From NCBI GenBank assembly GCA_016787415.1, contig JAEUUT010000213.1, positions 8,054-72,053 on the forward strand: DNA of 64,000 nucleotides, read 5' to 3'. The notes beneath the pieces are model-generated. The model saw only the letters and a program-made list of their open reading frames with translations. It was not told the origin of the DNA and searched no databases. The position numbers were made by a program, and so were the translations under genes. Within the stretch, counting starts at the first letter, position 1, and each line of letters opens with the position of its first letter. Source of the DNA: Saprospiraceae bacterium (GTDB taxonomy: Bacteria > Bacteroidota > Bacteroidia > Chitinophagales > Saprospiraceae). This document shows positions 46,372 through 54,636 of the stretch, one piece after another.

Positions 46372-48642
46372 ATGAAACAAATCATCGGAAAGGGGATATT
46401 GCCGTTTTTGGTTGCCTCCCTCGCTGCCATATTAACGCCTCTGGCTGTTCAGGCTCGCCATATCATCGGCGGTGAAATTACATACCAGTGCCTGGGGCCA
46501 GCCACCGGGAATAACCGGCAATATCGTTTCACGATGAAAGTGTACCGCGACTGCGCAGGGCAAGGCGCTGATTTTGATGATCCGGCCCAGATTGCCATTT
46601 ACAGGGGTACTTACACCAACAACACATTATTCAGCGATTTTGCCACCGGCAGCCCGGTCTCTATACGCCTGATACCCGATACGCCCAACTGTGTGCAGGC
46701 TGTCCCTTTCGTTTGTGTCGAACAGGCAACATATGTATTCAATGCGACATTGCCGGTCAGCAATCTGAGTTATTACGTGGTGTATCAGCGTTGTTGCCGG
46801 AATGAAACCATCAGCAATATTGTAAATCCCGGTGATGTAGGCGCCACATACATGGTTGAAATCACGCCAGATGCACAACAACTGTGCAACAACAGTCCTG
46901 TTTTTAATAATTTCCCCCCTATCATTATTTGTAAAAATTTCCCCCTGGAATTCGACCACAGCGCAACGGATGCCGATGGCGACCAATTGGTGTACAGTTT
47001 TTGTAGTCCATTTACGGGAGGGGGCAATATAACCGTCGGCCAGGCCCTGTATTCCTGCGATGGGGCTGTGCCTACCCCACCCTGTGCGCCTCCTTTCGAC
47101 AATGTTCCGTTTGCGGTGCCCAATTATACACCCGGCAATCCGATGGGCGGAAATCCGATGGTGAGTATCAATTCATTGACCGGCATGATAAGCGGAACGC
47201 CCATATTGTTGGGGCAGTTTGTCGTCGGCATTTGTGTGCAGGAATTTCGCAATGGTGTGTTGCTTTCAACGGTCAAACGCGAGTTCCAGTTTAATGTGAC
47301 TGATTGTAGCCCGACCGTTATTGCCGACATCATGCGAGATTCAACGGCCGGGCCCAGTTCGTACGTGGTAATTTCTTGCGGCAGAAATGAAGTAACCTTT
47401 GTTAATGAAAGCCGCGAGGAGCAGTACATCGACAATTTTGTCTGGAATTTCAATATTCCTGGAGCGCCGTATACGAATACAACCGACTGGAATCCGACGG
47501 TGGTATTTCCGGATACGGGCACGTATTTGGGCACCTTGTACCTCAATCCCGGCGATATTTGTGGGGATACGGCGTTTATCAAAGTCAATATTTTCCCAAA
47601 AATTGAGGCAAATTTCAGTTTTGCCTACGATACCTGCGTAGCCGGGCCGGTTGAATTTACCGATCTTTCTACCGGTGAGGGTGTTATCAATCGATGGAGT
47701 TGGAACTTTGGCGTGCCGACGGGCACTTCGGCCTTGCAAAATCCGGACTTCCTTTATCCTATTCCCGGCGACCATGCCGTGCGATTACGAGTCACGGATG
47801 AAAACAATTGTTCGGATGATACCACACAGGTCGTCAACTGGTTTCCGGCGCCACCACTCATCATTATCCAGCCCAGCAGTTTTCTGGGCTGTGTGCCGGG
47901 CACCATTACTTTTACCAACCTGTCGACGCCGATCGACAGCACCTATCATATCAAATGGGATTTTGGCGACGGCACCCAGGTCGAAGATGTCATTAGCCCG
48001 ATGCACACTTACACCGAAGAAGGCGTGTACGATGTAAGTGTGGAAATCACTTCACCCATCGGGTGCTTCATCTCCGATTTTTACCCCAGTCTGATACGGG
48101 TGGAACCCTCTCCCACCGCCAATTTTACGTTTGATCCCGATTCCTTGCTCAGCAACCTGAACAACATAGTCAAGTTTACTGACCTGTCGATCGGCGCCAA
48201 CCGATGGAACTGGCAGTTCGATCGGTTTGGAACTTCTACGCAGCAAAACCCGACTTTTACTTTTCCAGATACCGGATTAATGGCCATTCGCCTGATCGTA
48301 ACACACCCCAAGGGTTGCAAGGATTCGCTGACGCAATACCTAGACATTGTTCCGGAAATTCGCTGGTACATGCCCAATGCCTTTACACCCAATGCGGATG
48401 GTACCAACGACGGCTTTCTTGGAAAAGGTTTCTTGTTCGGCTCCACTGATTTTCAAATGACCATCTGGAACCGATGGGGTGAAATGGTATTCGAAACCAC
48501 CGACCCCAATGAAGAATGGAACGGCCGACAAATGAACACTGGCGGCGCTTCTCCTTCCGGCGTGTATGTGTATGTGGTAAGGTTTACCGGGCCCAGAAAT
48601 GAAAAACTGGAGTACAAGGGGTTTGCGACGCTGCTACGATGA
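46372..48642 (+). CDS. gliding-motility-associated C-terminal domain (T9SS type-B sorting) protein with PKD-like repeats
   Basis: Signal from the Met at 46372. RHIIGGEITYQC, and PKD-like repeats (FxFGDG: WDFGDGTQ). The type-B CTD reads YMPNAFTPNADGTNDGF...WNRWGEMVFE...WNG...GVYVYVV. Confidence 0.85.
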   Translation: MKQIIGKGILPFLVASLAAILTPLAVQARHIIGGEITYQCLGPATGNNRQYRFTMKVYRDCAGQGADFDDPAQIAIYRGTYTNNTLFSDFATGSPVSIRLIPDTPNCVQAVPFVCVEQATYVFNATLPVSNLSYYVVYQRCCRNETISNIVNPGDVGATYMVEITPDAQQLCNNSPVFNNFPPIIICKNFPLEFDHSATDADGDQLVYSFCSPFTGGGNITVGQALYSCDGAVPTPPCAPPFDNVPFAVPNYTPGNPMGGNPMVSINSLTGMISGTPILLGQFVVGICVQEFRNGVLLSTVKREFQFNVTDCSPTVIADIMRDSTAGPSSYVVISCGRNEVTFVNESREEQYIDNFVWNFNIPGAPYTNTTDWNPTVVFPDTGTYLGTLYLNPGDICGDTAFIKVNIFPKIEANFSFAYDTCVAGPVEFTDLSTGEGVINRWSWNFGVPTGTSALQNPDFLYPIPGDHAVRLRVTDENNCSDDTTQVVNWFPAPPLIIIQPSSFLGCVPGTITFTNLSTPIDSTYHIKWDFGDGTQVEDVISPMHTYTEEGVYDVSVEITSPIGCFISDFYPSLIRVEPSPTANFTFDPDSLLSNLNNIVKFTDLSIGANRWNWQFDRFGTSTQQNPTFTFPDTGLMAIRLIVTHPKGCKDSLTQYLDIVPEIRWYMPNAFTPNADGTNDGFLGKGFLFGSTDFQMTIWNRWGEMVFETTDPNEEWNGRQMNTGGASPSGVYVYVVRFTGPRNEKLEYKGFATLLR

Positions 48643-48774
48643 GTTATGAGTTATGAGTTATGAGTTATGAGTTATGAGTGTTGGTGCTATACGCCTGGCT
48701 TGTTCAAAAGAGAAGCCATGTATACAGCACCAACACTCATAACTCATAACTCATCCCTCATAACTCATAACTCA
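48641..48774. terminator. Long inverted repeat built from (GAGTTAT)x5 + GAGTGTTGGTGCTATAC ... GTATACAGCACCAACACTC + (ATAACTC)n; arms of about 50 bp
   Basis: Read directly. The stop TGA at 48640-42 overlaps the first heptamer. The loop contains a small hairpin GGCTT...AAGCC, and the right arm is followed by ATTTTG. Confidence 0.65.
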
Positions 48775-48896
48775 ATTTTGTCGTTTCGTTCCCCCAAAAA
48801 GGCAATTCAGTAACTTGTAATTGGACTTGGATGGCGCCTGCCATCACATTTGTGTCAGGAATTATCCTGCAATACCAAATTAACAGTCAACAAGTT

Positions 48897-50252
48897 ATGA
48901 AAAACAAAAGCCTTTCCATTGCCCTTTTTCTGTTTGTAAGTAGCCATATCGCATTTGCCCAAAAAAACCTGCCACCCAGCGTACAAGCACACCTAAGCGA
49001 TGCGCCAGTCGGCCTCGTCAGCATACTGCATCGCGCCGGTTTTGAATGGGGTTCAGATCGGGTCGGACAAGCTGCCGGCAATACGCATCAGCGCGACATG
49101 CTGCGCCTCGACTCCACCAAAACCTTTTACGCCTACAACCCGGCTACCGGCGACAGCACGCCGCTTTCCCGAACCCACTACCTGTACCCTTCCAGCAACT
49201 CAAAAACGGAAATCAACTTCCAGTTCGACAACGGACAGTGGATGCCACTCAACCGTGCCACCTATATGGCTGATGAGCAGCAACGCCTGACGGAAGTGCT
49301 CGCAGAAGTGTTTGACACCACCCAACAGGTGTACTACCTGGAATCCCGACTGACAATTTTCCCACATGGCGACTCACCCGATCTCATTGACTCCATTTTT
49401 ACCTATGCTTACGACACCACAGCACAAACCTGGTACCTTTTACTGGCCAATCGCAATGTGTTTGACACCCAGGATCGCCTGCAGGAAAGTTATACCATGG
49501 TCGATTACTTTGGCAGCCCGGTGGTGTTCAAAGACCTTTATTTTTATGATGAAAACGGCGACAATGTTCTAATAGAGGAAAGTGGATTATTTGACGGAGA
49601 AGAGACGCCCACTGGAAAAACGGAAATGAACTACGTCGATCACCAGTTGATAGAAAGCACCCATTACGTGACAGATGGCGTGAATTTCTATCCCGAAAAA
49701 CGAAACAATTACGCCTACACCCTCTTCGGAGCGATGCGCAAGGAAATGAATTTTGTGTACGATGTAGCCATTGAAAATTTCCGGCTGCGTCATACGACCG
49801 ATTTCTTCTACGACGCACAGCAGCGCCTGGCTGGTAAAGAGAACACTGAAATTCAGCCCAATGCCTGGGACGTGAAAGAACGCATTTCCTACGCGTACAA
49901 ACAGGACGAAGACCTCTACATGGAATTCGTGCATTTCTGGGACGACGACCAGTTCGACTGGATTCTGGACAGCAAAAAGTACTATTACTATCAAGGATCG
50001 ACCAATGTGGATCCGACGCCCGGCATAATAGACACGCTGGCTATCTCCCCCAATCCCGGCACGGGTGTTTTTCGCCTCAACCTGGGCAGTGAGGCCATCG
50101 TAAAAGTATTTGATACGACAGGTAAGATGCTGCAATCCAGCGTTTTGCAGTCTGGCCAGCAACTCGACATCACCGCCTTGCCCCCCGGTGTGTATGCTCT
50201 TGTCGCACAAGAAGAGCAACGCATCTACAATGGGAAAATAGTCAAGCAGTAA
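48897..50252 (+). CDS. T9SS type-A sorting domain protein with YD-like repeats
   Basis: The Met at 48897 gives the signal MKNKSLSIALFLFVSSHIAFAQ. The CTD reads ISPNPGTGVFRLNL...LPPGVYALVAQ...GKIVKQ. Confidence 0.75.
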   Translation: MKNKSLSIALFLFVSSHIAFAQKNLPPSVQAHLSDAPVGLVSILHRAGFEWGSDRVGQAAGNTHQRDMLRLDSTKTFYAYNPATGDSTPLSRTHYLYPSSNSKTEINFQFDNGQWMPLNRATYMADEQQRLTEVLAEVFDTTQQVYYLESRLTIFPHGDSPDLIDSIFTYAYDTTAQTWYLLLANRNVFDTQDRLQESYTMVDYFGSPVVFKDLYFYDENGDNVLIEESGLFDGEETPTGKTEMNYVDHQLIESTHYVTDGVNFYPEKRNNYAYTLFGAMRKEMNFVYDVAIENFRLRHTTDFFYDAQQRLAGKENTEIQPNAWDVKERISYAYKQDEDLYMEFVHFWDDDQFDWILDSKKYYYYQGSTNVDPTPGIIDTLAISPNPGTGVFRLNLGSEAIVKVFDTTGKMLQSSVLQSGQQLDITALPPGVYALVAQEEQRIYNGKIVKQ

Positions 50253-50327
50253 TTTTCATAACCGTTGCCTTGCAGGGTGGCGTACGTGCTGCCCTGCTTT
50301 TTTATTCCTTTTTTAAACAAAAAAACG

Positions 50328-51152
50328 ATGAAACAAACCATTTTCAAGCAGGCTTTGATGCTGGTACTGGCACTTTCGGCACTGGCTTCCTGCAAAAAGG
50401 AACCGTTAGAAGAACCCATCCCTGTGTACCCGCCACAACAGGAGTTTCCCAATCCCTTGCCCGCATTTGCACGTGTGAGTATGTTGCAATGGGACGTCAA
50501 CGATTTTGAGATATTCAGTTACAACAACCAGGGACAGGTAGCCAATATTCATTTTCAATGGCAATACGTGATAGGCGATCCTTCACAGATACAAGCCCTG
50601 GATTACAGTATTGAATACGATGTTGAAGACAAACCTGTCCGAATGGAAGAATACCATGGATACTTCTCCAAGCACTTCTACAATGGAAAAAACATTGAGA
50701 AAGTACAAGAATTCAATGAAGGAACACTTCACACGGAAACGACGTACACCTTTGCCAACGGACGCCTGGCATATGAAATCAAACAGGTAAAAAACCAGAA
50801 CGGAGCCCCCGACGATGTATACAAATACAATCTTTCCTATGATGGCAAAGGTAATTTGAACAAAGTGGAGACATTACAACGCGATAGTTCGGGCCAGTAC
50901 ATTTGGATAGAAACTGTGGAATACAGCAATTTCGATGGCAAAATCAATCCGATTAGTTGGAAACTTCGATTCCCATACCTGACACAAATGCGTTATCAGT
51001 ACAGCAACCCAAGAAAAGTAGTACGAAAAAGGCCCAATACAGCGGACGAAATAGTTACATATGACTATTCGTACGATGCGGCCGAACGGCCTGTTTTAAG
51101 GCGTTCCCATTTCCCCAATGGAAACGTACTGGAGATGGAGTATAAATATTAG
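50328..51152 (+). CDS. hypothetical lipoprotein with YD-like repeats
   Basis: The Met at 50328 gives MKQTIFKQALMLVLALSALASC. Repeats include YNLSYDGKGNL and TYDYSYDAAERP. Confidence 0.55.
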   Translation: MKQTIFKQALMLVLALSALASCKKEPLEEPIPVYPPQQEFPNPLPAFARVSMLQWDVNDFEIFSYNNQGQVANIHFQWQYVIGDPSQIQALDYSIEYDVEDKPVRMEEYHGYFSKHFYNGKNIEKVQEFNEGTLHTETTYTFANGRLAYEIKQVKNQNGAPDDVYKYNLSYDGKGNLNKVETLQRDSSGQYIWIETVEYSNFDGKINPISWKLRFPYLTQMRYQYSNPRKVVRKRPNTADEIVTYDYSYDAAERPVLRRSHFPNGNVLEMEYKY

Positions 51153-51233
51153 AAATTATCTAACTTGAGCCATCTGTTGTATGCCTGACTGGATGCAGCA
51201 GATGGCAAAGAGTAATGATCCAAGGTCGTCATT

Positions 51234-53114
51234 ATGAAGAACTTTTACCTGGCTTTTTTCTGGCTGTTCACATCAGCGCAGGCATATTCACAAGTCAATT
51301 CCGATAGTTTGTGGAACGTGTGGAATAATGCTGCACAACCCGACACCGCCCGCATGAAGGCGATGCAGGATTTGGCCTGGAGCCTGCTCTACAGCAATCC
51401 GGATTCGGCTCGCCAACTGGCGTATCAGGAGTTGCGCTTTGCCGAACAGGTGCGCAACAAACGCTGGCAAGGAAGAGCGTGGAATGTGGTTGGCTCTACC
51501 CATAATTTGCAGGGAGATTATCCGGCAGCATTAAAAAGTTATCAAAAAGGACTGGTAGCCATGGAAGAGGCTTCCGACCGGAAAGGTATTGCAGCACTCA
51601 ACAACAACCTGGGCCTTGTGTACCGCAACCTGGGCAAGCATACCAAATCCATGGAACACTACCAGAAAGACCTTTCTATTCAGCAACAACTCCGGAATGC
51701 AGCAGGAATAGCCAACGCTAACAACAACATCGGACTGATTTACAACGACATGGGCAACCTGCCAAAGGCGCTGGAGTATTACGAAAAAAGCATGCACCAG
51801 ATGGAAGAATTGGGCGATGAATACGGTATGGCCTTGCTGTACGACAACATTGGTTCGGTGTACAACAGCACCAAGGATTTCCCCAAAGCCCTTTACTATT
51901 ACAATAAAAGCCTGCCACTACGCCAAAAAATGGACGATCAGCAGGGTATTGCAAGCATCTACAACCACATCGGGCTGGTTTACAAGGAGGAAAAACAGTT
52001 TGACCTGGCGCTGGATTTTTTTCAGAAAAGCAGGATGATTCAGGAAAAACTCAATGAAAAGCCGGGGCTGGTCAACACCTACTACAACATGGGGCTTTTG
52101 TATTTAAAGCAAAAAAAATACCCTGTTTCCATACAATGGTGCTCCAAATCGCTGGCGCTCAGCAAGGAAGTACAACGACTAAGTGCTCAGCAAGACGCCT
52201 GTTACTGTCTTTATGACAACTACAAACTGATGGGGAATACCGCCCAAGCCCTGCTGTATCACGAAGAATACCTCGACATCAGCGACTCCCTCAACAAGGA
52301 AGAAACCAACAAACGACTGGAACAAATGGAATTGGTCAGAAAAGTGATGGCCGACAGCCTGGGACAAGCCGAAGAAAAACTGAAAATGCAGGTAGCCCAC
52401 GACAGTGAAGTGCGCCGCAAAAACCAGGTTCAGAATGTGCTGATGATGGCAGCGCTGGTAATTCTGGTGTTTGCGCTCGGTTTTTTGAGCCGGATGCTGT
52501 ATTTCCGACGCAACTCCCAGAAGTTTCAAAACAAGGCGGAATACCTGGAAAAACAGCAGTTGTTGAATGAAATTGCCCTGCTAAAAACCCAGGTAAATCC
52601 GCATTTTCTGTTCAACAGCCTGAGCATTCTGTCGTCGCTGGTGCGCATCAGCCCCGATTTGTCGGAACAGTTTATTGATCAGTTGTCGCGTTCGTACCGC
52701 TATATCCTGGAGCAAAAAGAACAATCACTGGTCACGTTGCGCACCGAACTCGAATTTATTAAATCGTACTCGTTTCTGCTGAAAATCAGGTTTGAAAACA
52801 AATTTGATTTACGGATCAACTTGTCGGAATCAGATATGGATCAATATAAAATTGCACCGCTGACCCTGCAATTGCTCATTGAAAACGCTGTAAAACACAA
52901 CCGAATGTCGGCCAAAGAACCACTGTTGATCGACATATATATCGACGATAAATACCTTATTGTTCAAAACCCCTTGCAACTGCGACCTCAACGGGAAGCA
53001 TCTACTGGCACGGGGCTGAACAACATTATCAATCGGTATGCCTTACTGACGGAGTGTTCGGTTCGTGCCGGAGAGTCTGATCAGCATTTTGTAGTAAAAA
53101 TCCCCTTGTTGTAA
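51234..53114 (+). CDS. TPR-repeat sensor histidine kinase (LytS/His_kinase family)
   Basis: Multiple TPR units (ALNNNLGLVYRNLGKHTKSMEHYQKDL...), one TM helix, then NPHFLFNSLSILSSLV and LLIENAVKHN. Confidence 0.85.
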   Translation: MKNFYLAFFWLFTSAQAYSQVNSDSLWNVWNNAAQPDTARMKAMQDLAWSLLYSNPDSARQLAYQELRFAEQVRNKRWQGRAWNVVGSTHNLQGDYPAALKSYQKGLVAMEEASDRKGIAALNNNLGLVYRNLGKHTKSMEHYQKDLSIQQQLRNAAGIANANNNIGLIYNDMGNLPKALEYYEKSMHQMEELGDEYGMALLYDNIGSVYNSTKDFPKALYYYNKSLPLRQKMDDQQGIASIYNHIGLVYKEEKQFDLALDFFQKSRMIQEKLNEKPGLVNTYYNMGLLYLKQKKYPVSIQWCSKSLALSKEVQRLSAQQDACYCLYDNYKLMGNTAQALLYHEEYLDISDSLNKEETNKRLEQMELVRKVMADSLGQAEEKLKMQVAHDSEVRRKNQVQNVLMMAALVILVFALGFLSRMLYFRRNSQKFQNKAEYLEKQQLLNEIALLKTQVNPHFLFNSLSILSSLVRISPDLSEQFIDQLSRSYRYILEQKEQSLVTLRTELEFIKSYSFLLKIRFENKFDLRINLSESDMDQYKIAPLTLQLLIENAVKHNRMSAKEPLLIDIYIDDKYLIVQNPLQLRPQREASTGTGLNNIINRYALLTECSVRAGESDQHFVVKIPLL

Positions 53115-53115
53115 T

Positions 53116-53871
53116 ATGAAGACCATCATCATCGAAGATGAAAACCTCAGCGCACAACGCCTGGAGGGTATGCTCAAAACCTATGACCCCGGAATACAGG
53201 TTTTGGCGCAATTGCCATCCGTGGCAGAATCGGTGCAGTGGCTGCGACAAAACGAGGCGCCCGACCTGGTGTTTATGGATATTCACCTGGAAGACGACCT
53301 GTGTTTTAAAATATTCGATCTGGCCCCGTTAACTGCGCCGGTTATTTTCACCACTGCCTACGATGAGTACATGATCAAGGCGTTCAAAGTCAATAGCATC
53401 GACTACCTGCTCAAACCTGTCAACCTGATGGAACTCATCGGCGCTATCGACAAGTACAAGTCTTTGAAAGAACAGTTTTCAAAACCTGATTTTAATACCC
53501 TTTTACAGTACATCGGCCAACGTGAGCCGGAGTTCAAAACGCGGTTTATGGTGACCATCGGTAACAAAATCCGCAGCATCGAAACCAGCGAAATTGCCTA
53601 TTTCTATTCCGATGAAAAAATCACCTTCATGGCCACCAAGGAAGGCCAGCACTTGCCCGTAGATTTCAGCCTGGATAAATTGTCCGGCCTGCTTGATCCT
53701 CGGCAGTTTTTTCGGATAAGTCGGCAGTACCTGGTTGGGTTTTCGGCCATTCAAAGTGTGCTGACACATTTTAAAGGAAAACTAAAACTGGAACTGAGTC
53801 CCAAAGCCCGACACGATGTGTTTGTAAATGGCGATCGTATGACAGACTTCAAGGAATGGCTGGGGAAATGA
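53116..53871 (+). CDS. LytTR family response regulator
   Basis: Receiver (IIIEDE...DLVFMDIHLED) plus LytTR (FFRISRQYLVGFSAI). The start is 1 nt after the kinase stop. Confidence 0.9.
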   Translation: MKTIIIEDENLSAQRLEGMLKTYDPGIQVLAQLPSVAESVQWLRQNEAPDLVFMDIHLEDDLCFKIFDLAPLTAPVIFTTAYDEYMIKAFKVNSIDYLLKPVNLMELIGAIDKYKSLKEQFSKPDFNTLLQYIGQREPEFKTRFMVTIGNKIRSIETSEIAYFYSDEKITFMATKEGQHLPVDFSLDKLSGLLDPRQFFRISRQYLVGFSAIQSVLTHFKGKLKLELSPKARHDVFVNGDRMTDFKEWLGK

Positions 53872-54234
53872 TTATTCGTAAATAACCAGCCAGTTGCCTT
53901 CGATCTGGAAGGAGCCCTGCTTTGTTTGATCTTTTACCACCTGTTTTCCGATAAAATTCAAGACTTCCTCGCGGTACGCCGGCGAAAGTCCGGTTTCGTT
54001 TTCCCAGTGTCGTGCATCCGGAATGCTGATGCTCGCCACCACATTTCCGCCACCAAATTCGTAGTACATGGTAAAGGAAGCACCCCGGCCTTCGTACAGC
54101 ACTTGCCCGCTGCGGCCATTGCTGAGGTATTTGACCCGCTGGCCGGAGGGGTCTTCTGGGTTCCTAAAACCAGAAAATATACTCCTGATAAAACCCAGGA
54201 TAGAAAGAGAAGAGACAAAGTAGTGGTTCGACAT
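53872..54234 (-). CDS. hypothetical protein (120 aa)
   Basis: Clean ORF convergent with the LytTR gene. No family recognised. Confidence 0.45.
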   Translation of the reverse strand: MSNHYFVSSLSILGFIRSIFSGFRNPEDPSGQRVKYLSNGRSGQVLYEGRGASFTMYYEFGGGNVVASISIPDARHWENETGLSPAYREEVLNFIGKQVVKDQTKQGSFQIEGNWLVIYE

Positions 54235-54322
54235 TTGGAACGGGGACTTTTATCAATTTTGGATAGCCACTTCGGCTCCGCCTCACGCATACGTGGACAG
54301 ATCAAATGGCAATACCACTTCA

Positions 54323-54470
54323 GCCAAGCGGGAAAGTGGCGGTACCACACGCTTTAGCGGGTCGGGACAGCGCCTTTTAAGGCGCGTAATTTGTTAATGT
54401 TGTTTCAGCGCCATGAATGGCGCTGTCCCGACCCGCTAAAGCGTGTGGTACCGCCGCCTTCCCGCTTGGC
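54323..54470. repeat. 148-bp inverted-repeat element: 52-bp arms (50/52 complementary) around a 44-nt spacer
   Basis: The left arm GCCAAGCGGGAAAGTGGCGGTACCACACGCTTTAGCGGGTCGGGACAGCGCC pairs with the right arm GGCGCTGTCCCGACCCGCTAAAGCGTGTGGTACCGCCGCCTTCCCGCTTGGC. The spacer holds the sub-hairpin CAGCGCC-ATGAAT-GGCGCTG. Confidence 0.85.
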
Positions 54471-54587
54471 AATGCTCGCAACCTAGGCCGCTGAGACATG
54501 CACGGAAACAATATGAACTAAAAATCCATTTTATCCGCTTTATCCGCCCAATCCAGGTCCAATTTTGCGTGCGGCGAAGCCAAACGG

Positions 54588-54636
54588 TCTCTCGCTTCTC
54601 ACTTCTCACCTCTCACCTCTCACTTCTCACCTCTAA
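54588..54636. repeat. Seven tandem heptamers of the same C(C/T)TCTC(A/G) family as 16045..16107
   Basis: Reads TCTCTCG CTTCTCA CTTCTCA CCTCTCA CCTCTCA CTTCTCA CCTCTAA. It overlaps the gcvP stop codon (TAG is the complement of 54633-35). Confidence 0.9.

Noticed and set aside
16045-54636. Possibility that the repeated intergenic arrays (16045, 24265, 48641, 54588) are CRISPR arrays.
   Set aside because: The units are 7 nt with no unique spacers, the arrays are under 140 nt, and no cas genes are in the window. They are tandem or inverted microsatellite-like arrays, not CRISPRs.
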